From the NCBI GenBank assembly GCA_963666985.2, contig CAXXIA010000002.1, positions 1,536,001-1,600,000 on the forward strand: a DNA stretch of 64,000 bases. The letters run 5' to 3'. The first letter of the stretch is position 1, and each line of letters begins with the position of its first letter. Shown piece by piece: positions 20,618 through 32,350 of the stretch. Below the pieces are notes generated by a model. The model did no database searches. It saw nothing but the letters and a program-made list of their open reading frames with translations, and was not told where the DNA came from. The position numbers and the translations under genes are program-made. This stretch comes from Spirochaetia bacterium. GTDB taxonomy: Bacteria > Spirochaetota > Spirochaetia > DSM-2461.

Positions 20618-20930
20618 ATTACAACCATTATTAATTAGTTCGTGAAAAGCTTATCGAGGGCTCACAGAGTTCGGCGTCGTACAAAAATTGGGAGCAATAA
20701 ATCAGGGAAAAGGCTTAAATCTGTTAAGTAAATCGTTTGGTTAATGAATCGTCGGCAAGTGATTGAAAATCTGAAGATGGATCCCGGCCGGTATAGAATA
20801 TACCCGATAGCGGGGTGGACTTATTATGAAACGAGGAATCCTTGAATACACAAAGATAACCGGCCGTCCTCGGCATAATTTGGATTCCAAAGAGTACGCA
20901 GGCCGAAACTGAAGACGCACGGGCCCGGCC

Positions 20931-21278
20931 TCAGCGCAGCTTTTCCAGACCCGCCTCCGTGTTCGGGGCGAAAACAACGGTTCCTCCGCGGTTGCTCTCC
21001 CGGATGAAGTCCGCGAAGGGCCCGGGAGGAAGATTCCCGAAATCTCCGAGAACAATCAGTCTTTTCCGGTAGTTCGAAACCTTCTGAAGAATTTCACCCA
21101 GAATTCCCGTCTTCAAATCAAAGAAACCGGGCGTAAGATGATCGCGTTTCAGAACAAGAATGTCCGAGGCGCCTGTTCCGATAACGTCCAGAAAATCTCC
21201 GGCGTCTTCGATGAGGACTGTGGTATCCGTCAGAATGGCGATGGTGCCGAGTTCGGTGGTTCGTTTCTCGAAATTCAT
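20931..21278 (-). CDS. DUF4180 domain protein
   Basis: FFDLKTGILGEILQKVSNY, DFIRESNRG. Confidence 0.9.
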   Translation of the reverse strand: MNFEKRTTELGTIAILTDTTVLIEDAGDFLDVIGTGASDILVLKRDHLTPGFFDLKTGILGEILQKVSNYRKRLIVLGDFGNLPPGPFADFIRESNRGGTVVFAPNTEAGLEKLR

Positions 21279-21787
21279 GATTTAAGGTTCCTTCTCATAA
21301 AGCAGACGTTGAACGGCAGGTGATCAAATTCTTTGCGGCCCGTTATGCCGAAGCCCAGATTTTCGTACCAGGCTTTCAGAACGGTGTGCTCGTCGATAAG
21401 AGCCACGGAAACGGCTGTTCCGCCCTGTTCCTCCGCGTACCTGATTGCGTGCTCCATCAAGGCCTTGCCGCAGCCGTGATGGCGGCGATTCGGAAGCACC
21501 GCCAGCCTCTCGACGTAAAAGAGCCCCGCCTCGTCCGGAGCGGCCTCCACGGCAACGCAGCCGGCCAGTCCTTCGGAATCCCGAAGACCGAAGAGAACGA
21601 CATCTTTTTCCAGGTGTTCCAGAAAACGGTCGCGGTTCAAGAATGCCGGATTGGTCGGTGCGTTTTGGGGAGTGATCCCGAAGTCGTCCGCTACGGTTTT
21701 AAAGGAGGTTCTGATAAGCTCCAGGCAATCATCCAAATCGGCGGGGGAACGAAGCCCGAACAGTTCAAATCCTTGTTCTCCACACAT
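21275..21787 (-). CDS. GNAT family N-acetyltransferase
   Basis: RLAVLPNRRHHGCGKALM, WYENLGF. Confidence 0.88.
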   Translation of the reverse strand: MCGEQGFELFGLRSPADLDDCLELIRTSFKTVADDFGITPQNAPTNPAFLNRDRFLEHLEKDVVLFGLRDSEGLAGCVAVEAAPDEAGLFYVERLAVLPNRRHHGCGKALMEHAIRYAEEQGGTAVSVALIDEHTVLKAWYENLGFGITGRKEFDHLPFNVCFMRRNLKS

Positions 21788-21826
21788 TATGAGGGAACCT
21801 CCTTATACCGAATTCCTTGAAGTTTT

Positions 21827-24325
21827 TTAATGCACCTCAATGCGCCGCCGAACGACACGATCGCCCTGCCGCAGGGTTAAAACAGTAAACCCGGGTTCTA
21901 AAGGCCAGGCGACTTCGGCGGGAAGTTCGCCATCATACAGGAGGCGGCCTTCCGCGTCCAGAACCGCCCGTCCCGATCCGGTGATTTGAATCATCAGTCC
22001 GGAACTCCCCGGCGGCAAGCCGGGGTCAACAAAAAACACGGCCCCATCAACGGGAGAGAGAATGTCCAGTTCGGCGTTTTGGGAAAACGCCACGTCGTAA
22101 CCATAGAGCCGCGCCCACCGAAAATACTCCTGCGGATAGCGTACTTTGGGCCTTGAGCGGCCGTGTTCATCGGCATGCCAGTCGCAGGGGTCCGGAGCGG
22201 TTCCCGGAACAAAGAGCTCGTCCATGGTGTAGGGACAGGAAGGGGTAGCGGCCATTCCGCTGAGCCTGCAAATCCGCACGGTTTCCAGTTCGGAATGCGT
22301 CGGCAGGGAATCTTTTTCACTCAAAGCGTCAAAAAGTTCATGCAGGAGAGAGGCCGGAAGGGAAGATCCGGGAGCCGCCATAACCGTGGAGCCGTCGAAG
22401 TTGCCCATCCAGGCAGCAGCAACAAGATCGGAGGTAAATCCCGCGGCCCAAATGTTGTTGAACTGGTTCGATGTGCCGGTTTTCATCGCCACCGGATAAT
22501 CAAAGCGCACGGGACCTGAGCGGCCGAAGGTCATCACCCGATCGTCGGGACTGCTGAGGATATCGGTAATGATGTCCGCGGATGAGGCGGACCAGATCTG
22601 CCGGTCGCTGCTTTCGGCTCCGGTTACCATGACAAAGTCCCGCGAAACACCACCCGCCCACAGTGTCCCAAAGGCCTGCAGCAGTTCGGTGAGCTTCACA
22701 CCACCGCCGCCGATAGCCAGGCTCACGCCCAATTCGCCCCGCTGGTCTTCCAGACTTTTAAAACCGGCTAAAATGAGTTTATCGATAAACGCACCCACAC
22801 CCAGACGTTCCAGGGCGTAGACGGCCGGAACGTTCAAGCTGGAAGCAAGGGCGGTTCGGAGCCGAACCGGACCATGGTACTGCTGGTTGTAGTTCATCGG
22901 CGCGTATACGGACTCGCCGCCGAAATCCATGGGAATGTCGGGAAGAATGGTGGCGGCCGTCCATCCTCGCTCCAAAAGTGAGGCGTAAAGAAAGGGCTTC
23001 AACGTGGAACCGGGCTCCCTGAGGATGGCCGCGCCGTCGATTTGGCCGCCTGCCTCGATGTTGCTGAAATCCGCCGATCCGACATAGGCCAGGACTTCCA
23101 TGGTTTGAGCGTCGGCAAGCACGACGGCTCCGTTGCTGATGCGGAAGTTCCCGGCGTTCTCAATATGGGAGGCCAAGAGATGCTCGGCCAAAGCTTGCGC
23201 CCGAAGGCTCAGGGTGGTACGGACCGGTTCGCGGCCGTCTTGGGATTCCGGCGGCCACTGCTCCCTGTCTGCAAGGACGGCTTCGACGAAATGCGGCGCG
23301 GCGAATGGCCAGGGCGCGGGGGATGGCGGCAGGCGCCGATGAAACGCCGCCGATTCCGGCAGAGCGGCGGCGGATGGAAAATCAGAATCGTCCGAGCCGG
23401 GCCGTGAAACCTGCCGGACGGCCGTATTTGCCGGATCGCGTGAAACCCGCTGAATCGCCGCTTTATCCGGCTCAGGCCCATCGATTTGCCGCCCGGCCGC
23501 GAACTTCCCCGCCTCCTCCAACTCGCTCTCATTTCCGGCGGCGGATGGAAAATCAGAATCGCCCGAGCCGGATCTCGCAGACTGCCCGGCTTGTCTCTTG
23601 GCCGCCTTAAGACGACGACCCGCCGCCCGTTCAAACAGCGCGGCCGCGGCGTTCTTGTTTGCTTCGGGTTCCAGAAAAGGATCGTACACGGCCGGAGAGC
23701 GGGGAATCACCGCCAAAACGCAGAGTTCGACGGCATCAAGCTCGGAAAGATCCCGGCCGAAAAACAGCCGCGCGGCTGCGGGGTAGCCCTCGACGTTCCT
23801 GCCGAAGGGAATCAGGTTCACATAGAGTTCCAGAATTTCTTTCTTGGAATACCGGGATTCAATCTGCAGGGCCCGCCAGATTTCCCGCAGCTTCATCCCG
23901 GCGGTAATCGCCTCGCCCGGAGAACGGGGAGAAAGAATGCGGGCCAGCTGCATGCTCAAAGTGCTGCCGCCGCTGACCGCCCGCCCCCAACGCCGATACT
24001 GGACGGCCGCCCGAATGAGCGATGCGGGGTCAAAACCCGGATGAATCCAAAACCGGCGGTCTTCGCTGATCCGCACGACGTTCACCAAATCACGCGGCAA
24101 ATCGTCATAGGGAACAAACAATCGCCGGAGTCCGCTCTCATCCACCGGGACAATCCGCAGTTCCCCGCCGTCCCTGTCCAGAACGCGGACGGACCACCGC
24201 ACGGACTCCAGGGCGGCTTGAGCGTCCCAGGGAGCCAGACGCGGAACCAGGCGCAGCACCGCGAAGAGCGCAAGAACAACGCCCCCCGCGATGAAAAGCA
24301 GGCGCCTCAGTGACGGACGCATCAT
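21827..24325 (-). CDS. pbpC: Penicillin-binding protein 1C
   Basis: Transglycosylase EDRRF and GGSTLSMQLAR; transpeptidase STLK, SLN, KTGT; adjacent to alpha-2-macroglobulin. Confidence 0.9.
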   Translation of the reverse strand: MMRPSLRRLLFIAGGVVLALFAVLRLVPRLAPWDAQAALESVRWSVRVLDRDGGELRIVPVDESGLRRLFVPYDDLPRDLVNVVRISEDRRFWIHPGFDPASLIRAAVQYRRWGRAVSGGSTLSMQLARILSPRSPGEAITAGMKLREIWRALQIESRYSKKEILELYVNLIPFGRNVEGYPAAARLFFGRDLSELDAVELCVLAVIPRSPAVYDPFLEPEANKNAAAALFERAAGRRLKAAKRQAGQSARSGSGDSDFPSAAGNESELEEAGKFAAGRQIDGPEPDKAAIQRVSRDPANTAVRQVSRPGSDDSDFPSAAALPESAAFHRRLPPSPAPWPFAAPHFVEAVLADREQWPPESQDGREPVRTTLSLRAQALAEHLLASHIENAGNFRISNGAVVLADAQTMEVLAYVGSADFSNIEAGGQIDGAAILREPGSTLKPFLYASLLERGWTAATILPDIPMDFGGESVYAPMNYNQQYHGPVRLRTALASSLNVPAVYALERLGVGAFIDKLILAGFKSLEDQRGELGVSLAIGGGGVKLTELLQAFGTLWAGGVSRDFVMVTGAESSDRQIWSASSADIITDILSSPDDRVMTFGRSGPVRFDYPVAMKTGTSNQFNNIWAAGFTSDLVAAAWMGNFDGSTVMAAPGSSLPASLLHELFDALSEKDSLPTHSELETVRICRLSGMAATPSCPYTMDELFVPGTAPDPCDWHADEHGRSRPKVRYPQEYFRWARLYGYDVAFSQNAELDILSPVDGAVFFVDPGLPPGSSGLMIQITGSGRAVLDAEGRLLYDGELPAEVAWPLEPGFTVLTLRQGDRVVRRRIEVH
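23365..23571. repeat. Intragenic direct repeat within pbpC
   Basis: 36 bp copies at 23365-23400 and 23536-23571, one mismatch, 171 bp period (in frame). Confidence 0.85.
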
Positions 24326-27300
24326 TCTCCCCGGATAACGTCCAGCCGTCCGCCGCTCCGTCCGAACACTTCGGGTTCGAATTCAAGGCTTGCCGTCGCC
24401 GGCGGCGTGGGATAAACGCCCGGAGTGGTGGTACGAATCAGGAAGGTGACCTCCCGGCGGCCGGCGTAGAAATCCTCCCACATGTAGGAAACGGCATTAT
24501 CGTAGATTTTCTGTATCGGCCTGTAGAACCAGTAGGCCCATCCCATGGGACCGGAGAAGGCATAACCGTCCGCCGCAACGTCCATCTCATCGCCGTAGAC
24601 CGTCTCCCTCGTCCAGCTCTCATCACCGGTGCCGCCCGCGTCGGCATAGCTTCCGGTAATAGCCAGACTGGGGTCGACGATTTCCGCGCCCGAAGGTACC
24701 GGAACGACGAGCTTCAGGAAACTTCTCCGGGAAAGGGTGCTCACCGAAACGCGCATGCGCAATGTTTCGCCCAGAGGAAGCGCGGCCGCATCCACGGGTT
24801 CTCCGCCGAGGGTTTCAATGCCGGTGATGACTTCGATTCCCTCGTCCCTCGCAAGCGCCGTTTCGGTAGGGAGCGCGTAGGTCAGCGTTGCCGTGTAATA
24901 AAGATTCCCGCGGCCGTCCTTGGAAATAGTTATCTGCGCCGGCTCGCCTTTCTTCAGAGATGAAAGCGGAGGTTCGTTAAACGCGAAATCCGCGGACAAA
25001 GAGTCCCCTTTCCGTGTTCCGATTTTTTCCTCCAGAAGACGATCTTCACCGACATCCAGGGTAAGCTTGTAAGAGGGACGTTTCGACTCCTCGGCCAGAA
25101 GCGGCAGGAAGCCGGAAATAATCCAGAAGTCGTCGAATCGGGAATGGAAACGCCGAGAATTCCGCTGACCGTTCAAAGCGTTCGCAAGTCTTAAGATAAA
25201 TTCCTTGTCTTCTCCGAACATCACCGCGGTTCGGAGCATAAGAGCCGTCTGGGCCTCGGTGGTGGAAAAATATCCGGCCCTTTCGTAAGTCTCCTTCACG
25301 TCGATGCCGCGCGTTCCCACGGTAACGAAGTTCTTGCTTCGGTTATAGAGAGACTTGGATTCCCGCGACATATTCAGAGCATCGTAGGCCTGTGCAAGAA
25401 GGTTGTAGCCCGCGATGCCCAGACGATCTTCCGCATTCATGAGCCACGCCAAATCCGCTGTGCCGACGCCGCCCGATTCGGCGAGAATCAGCGCACTCCA
25501 GGATGCCAGAAACGACGGCTCGTCGTCTTTTTCGGCTTCCTTCATCCGGGATGCCAAGTAGCCGTTCAGACGTTCCCGGTCCACTTGGGAATCAAAGGGT
25601 CCTTCAAACCGTTCAATTTCCAGAGCCGCATACGCGGTGAGCGCCGAAAGGAACCAGCTGGATCGGGCGAAATCAACGGTCGGCGGCCGGTATCCGATGC
25701 CGCCGTCGGGGAATTGGAGGTCTTCCAGAGCATCGAACACGTCTTTCTTATCCCGCGCCCGTCCTTTAAGAGCCAAATCCGCGATAAGGGCGTACAGCTC
25801 ATCGTTCAGGGAGGGATAAAGCACGCTTGTAATGTTGTCCAGCGCCGGCTGAATATGAGGCATAAGGGTGGAATCGGCGGTAAAGTTCAGCCCGCCGTAT
25901 CCTTCCGCGGCATGCTGCGGTACAACAAGCGCCTCATGAACCGATGGAACCTCCCCGCCGTCGTTATTGCCGTCAAGAATGGCGCCGATGGTGGCGAAGG
26001 CCTCCGTTACCAGAGGCCGCTCCACCTTTACGGTATCTTCCAGAACTTCGTTGAGAACCTCACTCCGTGTTGTAAAGCGGATAACCCCTTCGCCTTCTTG
26101 AACGGCCTCCAGGACAAAGGGAAGTTCCACGGTCGCGTTCGCCGGAAGCGTAACGGTTTTCTCCTTCTCACCGGGTACGGCGAGAATATCGGATTCAACC
26201 GAAACCGTTACCTTATGCTCTTCTTCGGTGGTGTTGGTGAGCACCACGCCGGCGGCGGCGGTATCGCGGTTGCGGAAGCGCCGAGGCAGGGCGGTACGGA
26301 CGTTGATGGGGTTGCGAACCTGGAATTCATTCTCGTCATACCCGAGCTTAACGCCGCTGAGCGCCACGGCGGTAAGCCGGTACGTGCTCAGGTTGTCGGG
26401 AAGATGCACTTTCACCGCAGCGCGTCCGTCCGGACCGGTCGTGGTGAACGGTTCAAACAGCGCCAGGGGATTGAAATCCTTGCGCTCCTCGATTTTGGCA
26501 GAGCCGCCGCCCTGAAGATTGGAGATTTCGTAAGTAACGGGCCTCAGCAGAAGCCGACGGCTGTCGTCGCCCATCACGCCGTGGGCGAAATGATCTTCGG
26601 AATAGAAGTATTCCAGCGGATTGGGCACATGATAGCCGATTAAATCCAAAACTCCGCGGTCCACGGCGAGCAGGGTTACCTCGGCTCCCGCCACGGGCTT
26701 GCCGTTGCGCGTTACATCCACGATTACCTCGGCCTCGTCTCCGGGGCCGTAGGATTCCCGCGCGGTCCGAACCGCCACGTCGAGTTCCACAGGGACCGTA
26801 TCGACACGAACCGTCGTCAGTCCGAACAGTCCCCGCGGGCGTCCGAGGTCCGGCTCGAAATAATCATCTTCGGTCTCGGTTCGTTCGGTACAGCTTGTTA
26901 AGGCTACGAAGAAAACGGGAAGGTATTCCTCGCGGATGGGAACTTCAATCACCTCGTTGGACCCCGTCAGGGAGATCACTTTCTGATCGAGAATGCCTTC
27001 CCTTTCAATACTCAAAAGATAGCGGCCCTTGGCAACGGGCGACTGGACCAGGATGCGCGCCGTCTCTCCCGGTGAGTAGAGTTCCTTGTCCGGAATCATA
27101 TTAATGTCGCTGGGCGTGCGGCTGGCTCTCTGCACCCATCCGCTTCCGGTTGCGTAAAACTCGATTTCCGTTCGGGCCGTGCGGCCGGCCGCATCGATGT
27201 ATTCGAAAAACAGCTTATAGCGGCCGGGATTATCAACCGAAAGAGTAAACTCGGCGGCGCCTTTCTTCAGGGCCTTCTTTTCACGCCACAGTTCTTCCTC

Positions 27301-30265
27301 AACATACTCCCAGCGTGTGTTGACGCGGCCGTAAAGGCCCTGCTGGGCAGCGGATTTCCACTCGCCTTTTATCAGGCCGACACTGAGCGGGGCCTCAACT
27401 TCGGGCCGATCGCCCTCGATGTCGGCCAGGCGCGCCTGAACCGTTACATCATCACCCACGGGAATAAAATGCGACCACCATCCGCTCGCATCGCCGCCTT
27501 TGAAGCGGGCCCCGACGTAGTATTCGGCCGGATGAACCACAGCCGAACCGACGCTGGAAACAACCTGCCGGTCAACATCTTCAACCGTGGTTTCCAAAGT
27601 GTAGCTGTAGGCCTTGCCGGTTACCTCATGGTCCACCGTTCCTTCGCTGATTCTGACCGAACCCGCTCCGGAAAGATTTCCGTCACCGGAGGAGAGGGTC
27701 TGTTCGGGTGCCCAGTCGGATGTGCCGAATTCCCAATCCTTCCACTGCGTTCCCGGAGGGATGAACCGGAAGGGTTTTCTCGTCCAGTAATAATGATACG
27801 ACGCGGACGGCATGGAGCCCCCGGCAAGGTAGGAGGCCTTCACTCCGGCTTCAATGGTATCGCCGTGGTACCGGGCGATGTCCTCGAAGGAGGTTTCCAC
27901 CTGGAACGCCGTGCGGCGGAAAGCGGCGATTCGGAAGGATTCGGATGTGCGGAAGTCTCCGCCGCTGCCGGTATAGGAAATTTCGTACGTGCCGGGTTCC
28001 ATATCGTCGGGAAGGGTCAGCCGATGAGCGAATCCGCCGGATTCGGATGTTTTTCCTTCCGCGGACCAAACGACATTACCCGTCATATCCTCGATGATGG
28101 AAATATCGTAACGGCCCGTATAACTTTCAAAGCCGTCGGGGCTCTGTATCCAATGGATTCCCCGCAAGGCCAATTCCTCTCCGCTTTTGTACAGTCCGCG
28201 GTCGGAGAACATATGGATGCGATGAACCGGTTCGGCGGCCTTCTCCGGCCGCCTGACGTTGTACACCCCGAAGGAATACGAATCGTGCGTGTTCTGAACG
28301 CGCATCTCCGCCAGATCGCCTTGATATTCCGCACGAATATGAACGCTGTCTTCAGCCGAACGTGAAGATCTGTAAAATCGGCGCGGGAATTCACCTTCGG
28401 GAATCGCAACAACCGCAAGTCCCGTTGAATCGGTTTTTCCCTTGTATTCATTGCCCCGCAGATTGAAAACCTTCACATCGGCACCGGAAACAGGTGCGCC
28501 GTCCGAAAGCCTGTTCACCCATACCAGAACACGGTTGTACGCCACCCGAACGGACAATCCGAGGTTGGTTACCTGAACGGCCACGGAATCGCCCTTCCAA
28601 GACCGGAACGAATCAACCAATGTCGGATCCAAATGCATCGCGTATGTTATGTCGACCGTTCCGTATCCGTCCTCCGAAAGATAAGGACTCAAATCTTCTT
28701 CATGGAAAAACGTGAAATCGTCTTCGGCACCGCTGAAATCAACCTCTTCCATGGGAACTTCGGCCGAGGGAGAATCGTAATAATTTTTCGCGCCCCTCAT
28801 ACCCAAAGATCCCTCGATAACGTTTCGGGACGTCCAGACAAGAGACGGTTGGAACTCGGCTTCCAAATGCCTCAGGCCGGAATAATGACTCGGAAAATCC
28901 ACGATGGGCGTCGGCCGGGGGATGGTTTTCTTCAAATGCACCGGACGGGCATTCCGGCCGAACACATCCTTCACGCCGTTCGGCACGTCGAGTTCCACCA
29001 CCTGTCCGGGTCGAATACCCGGAAGATAAAACGAAATCGAGGACCAGGAAACAGCGACATCTTCGGGGACCGCCGCCTTCCCGTCCACGGTAAGGGAAAA
29101 ACTGGGCAAAACGGCTTCCTGATCCAAAGGATGGGAAAACTGCAGCACCACGGGGAAGGAAAAGGGACGATTGTCATTGGGGAATTGACCGGCATAGGCC
29201 GAGAGACGCTCCGCGGTGAACGGGCGGATGGTCCAGAGAGATTGAGTCTGGTCCTTCTGCGTGGCCGGATAACCCTCGTAGGGAACGGCGCCTTCGACGA
29301 GCGTAACTGTCATTCGCGCGCTTTCGGCGGGCTCTTCGGCAAGACTGATAAGAACCGCGCGATCGGTCCGGCTCTTAAGACGCTCAGGGTAGTCCGGGCG
29401 GCCTACGGTAAAGCGCTGAGGACTGTTTTTCACGGAAACGGCAATGGCTCTCCCAATCGTTTCGGGATCTACCGGCTGGTTGAATTCCAGGGTGATGTAC
29501 CTGGCGATTTCCGTGGGTACGTCATAAAGATCCACGGCGGCATCGGCATCATTCCCGGGAAACATATTCACCATCTTCACGCGCTCGCCGAACACGTCGA
29601 AGGAAAAATCTTCCTTGAGTTCCTTACCCGCGAGAGAGGTGATATCGCCGGAGATGGTAATCCTGTAGCGGGGAACGTCAATCAGAGGCCGATCCGGTCT
29701 GAAACCAAGGGTTTTGGTTCCGTACCAGCGATAGGTGCCTTCCATGGGAGGATCCAGCACAAGAAGGGGCGATTCCCGTATCACTTCTCCAAGAGCCGCA
29801 ATGGGAACCATCGGCTGATTGAACATCACGTAGATATTCGGCCGCCGATTCTCCGCCGGAAGCTCTCCCACCGGTCCGTAATCCGCGATTTCCAACACCG
29901 GAGCGTCATCGGAATCCATCGGAACATCGCCGACGATTCCGGAGGAATTGACCGACCAGTACCGGATGGTTCCCTTTGAGAGATCGATGGATTCCTGAAT
30001 CAGCCCCTCGTGCTCACTCCGCTTCCGTTCAACAGCCTGAATCAAAAGCTCCGCATCCGAGGCGGCATCATCAGTCAAAAGCGTGCTCTGCACATCCCGA
30101 AACGCATCTTCCCTCTCCGCGGCGTTTCCGGCGGCCATCAGGCCGGAGAGATCGACATTCGATTCCTTGTCGGCCCCCGCCTTTTCGACCGTCCTTCCCG
30201 CAGGAAAAAAGCAGTATAAGGGCCGCGAAGGCGACAATGACGATTTTCGGGTTTAAGCGACTCAT
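24322..30265 (-). CDS. Bacterial alpha-2-macroglobulin family lipoprotein, with a frameshift near 30174-30190
   Basis: SDRGLYKSGE, LLAVDRGVL, LPDNLSTYR, PSGAE, PEVFGRS. The lipoprotein signal MSRLNPK...LLFSC starting at 30265 is in a different frame from the 1971-aa body. Confidence 0.88.
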
Positions 30266-30297
30266 AACTATCAATCCCCTTATCTCGGACTTAGAGA

Positions 30298-30399
30298 GAG
30301 ACGATTTCATCTTTCACGAAAGGACCTTTACGACGGCCGAAATCCCGCCAAACGTTTTGGCGGAGTTTCATTAAAAATCGCTGATTTTAAAATCGTCTC
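30298..30399. mobile_element. MITE-like element, 102 bp (repeat family copy 2)
   Basis: Terminal inverted repeats GAGACGATTTCA / TAAAATCGTCTC (one mismatch), internal AAAAATCGCTGATTTT core and CCGCCAAA hairpin; no ORF. Confidence 0.55.
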
Positions 30400-30540
30400 A
30401 CGAACAGTCTAGAACAAAAGCGGTTTTGAATCATGAATCATAGGATTATGTATCGGATGATCTCCAAAGGCGTTCTCTTCGACGCCCGCTTCCATCATGT
30501 TTCCGAGGACTTCATAACGCTTCGGAGCCGCCTTTTTTCG

Positions 30541-31218
30541 TTACCGCCACGTAACATCGGCATCAAGAAGTCCGGCAAAGCGCAGACAGTACTCGATGTC
30601 CTCATCCCTGAGTGCGGGACCTTCGGGACCTTCACCGGCGGCGACGGCCGCCCGATAGCGTTCCATGATCGCCGCAACCGGCGTCGAAAGAAAATCTTGT
30701 ACGCTTCGGATTCCGATATCGAAGAAGAAACGAACAAAAACCGGTCCGATTCCGTTAACCCTCAGTAAATCGGCGTAACCGGCGATTTCTTCGATCCGAT
30801 CCGTATCCACGCCGATTTCCGCTGAAAGCATGGCGCGATCGGACTTGCTTGAAATCCGTTCGTAGACATCTTTCGTTGTTTTAATGCCGATTGACGTAAA
30901 GGCTTCAATTTCATAATCGCTGAACAGACCGGTACCGGCCAGAGAGAGAGGTTTTTTCGCGTATCCGGAAATGTCCCGCCGAAGAATATTTAAATACTCA
31001 CTCATCGTTCCGAGTTCATTCGCGAGCTGCTGATAAGCTTTTTTGTTCTTTAAAAGAACGAACACCCCGGAAAGATCGGAAACGCCCTTTCCGGCGAACG
31101 CCGCGAGAACATCATCAAGTCCGTCCAGCAGAATGCGGCGGCTCGGCGGAAGATCCTGCGTTCGCAAAAGGAATGCATACTCTTCAAGCGTAATACGTCC
31201 AAGATCCGTTTCGTACAT
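30541..31218 (-). CDS. DUF4332-like helix-hairpin-helix protein
   Basis: ADLLRVNGIGPVF..FF.IGIRSV. Confidence 0.7.
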   Translation of the reverse strand: MYETDLGRITLEEYAFLLRTQDLPPSRRILLDGLDDVLAAFAGKGVSDLSGVFVLLKNKKAYQQLANELGTMSEYLNILRRDISGYAKKPLSLAGTGLFSDYEIEAFTSIGIKTTKDVYERISSKSDRAMLSAEIGVDTDRIEEIAGYADLLRVNGIGPVFVRFFFDIGIRSVQDFLSTPVAAIMERYRAAVAAGEGPEGPALRDEDIEYCLRFAGLLDADVTWR

Positions 31219-31352
31219 AATTCCAGTACACGGCGAGGCGTAATTTTCGTCAAGAATCCTTTAACGATGGAGAGAGAAAAGTGAGGAAAAACACGAACAA
31301 CCGTTTTTATTATTCCGGACGTTCAATAAACATCTTAAAAAAAGTGTTCGAA

Positions 31353-31559
31353 TTATGTACCTTCATTCCCAACGGCATAATCTTCCTCTTCGTCCTCGCC
31401 GGAGTCCAGAGGTTCTCCTCTGAGCATCGCAAGATATTCGGAAGCGTCATCCGAGGTTCCGGAGTCCTTATCAAGTTTCTTCTGGATTTTCTCTTTGCGT
31501 TTCTTTTGCTTTTTCAGTTCCAGTTGTCTTTTTTCGTACGAGTAATGGCTTTTTGCCAA
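31353..31559 (-). CDS. Small basic/acidic hypothetical protein
   Basis: AGGGGAG SD before TTG; N-terminus YSYEKRQLELKKQKKRKEK with acidic tail; follows the RRM gene. Confidence 0.75.
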   Translation of the reverse strand: MAKSHYSYEKRQLELKKQKKRKEKIQKKLDKDSGTSDDASEYLAMLRGEPLDSGEDEEEDYAVGNEGT

Positions 31560-31625
31560 CGATCTCCCCTTCTTTCGGGACTATTCGGCGGCCGAAAGCG
31601 AAAAGCTTCACAACCGCCGACTATT

Positions 31626-31898
31626 TTAGTAGTCCCGACGAGGGCGTTCGCTTCGCTCCCGGGCCACGCTGACTTTAAGTTCGCGACCCATGTGCTCTTT
31701 ACCGTTCAGTTCTTCAATAGCCTGATCGGCAGCCGCATCATCTTCCATTTCGACGAAACCGAATCCTTTGGATCGATTGTCGTAGCGATCGATGATAACT
31801 CGGGCGCTGATAACAGTACCGTACTGGCTAAAAATTGTCTCGAGTTCTTGATCGTCGGCGGTATAGCTCAGATTGCCGACATAAAGTTTCTTGGGCAT
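31626..31898 (-). CDS. RRM RNA-binding protein
   Basis: RNP2 LYVGNL and RNP1 KGFGFVEM. Confidence 0.96.
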   Translation of the reverse strand: MPKKLYVGNLSYTADDQELETIFSQYGTVISARVIIDRYDNRSKGFGFVEMEDDAAADQAIEELNGKEHMGRELKVSVARERSERPRRDY

Positions 31899-32350
31899 TC
31901 ATGCCTCCTGGAAAATAAATAACTCCATAAAGTTCGGCAAAGTTCGATGAAAGCTGATGGAACGGTGAAGGGGAAAAGGGTCAGGGCGGGAATAGCCGGA
32001 CAAAGTCTCTCTGATCTCTCGGTCTCCACGGCGCATCGGCCGATTATCAACGATACCGGTTTACGGTTTCTTTTTGCACAATAAGGTGTTGTGACGCTCC
32101 TGTCTAGTCCGGAATTTAAATTCTTGCCAATAAATGAACATCCAAAAGCCTTCATTTTGAAATAAATTTCAATAATAACGCATTTAAAACGATAAACGGC
32201 CCGCGGCGCGCCGCATCTTCCCCTTTCCGGCCGCTGCGGTGTACCCTTATTACATGATTGTTTCACTTTAAGGGATACACTATCCCGTTTCGTATACTAA
32301 TAAACTCACACACGAATCGCTCACACGAGTAATAAAGGAAACAATTCCAT

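Noticed and set aside
20750..20850. Fragment reading LKMDPGRYRIY, reminiscent of RelE-like addiction toxins
   Set aside because: Too short and interrupted, with no antitoxin; could be chance
25585..29979. Several 300-450 aa plus-strand ORFs opposite the alpha-2-macroglobulin
   Set aside because: Antisense shadows of a well-supported gene
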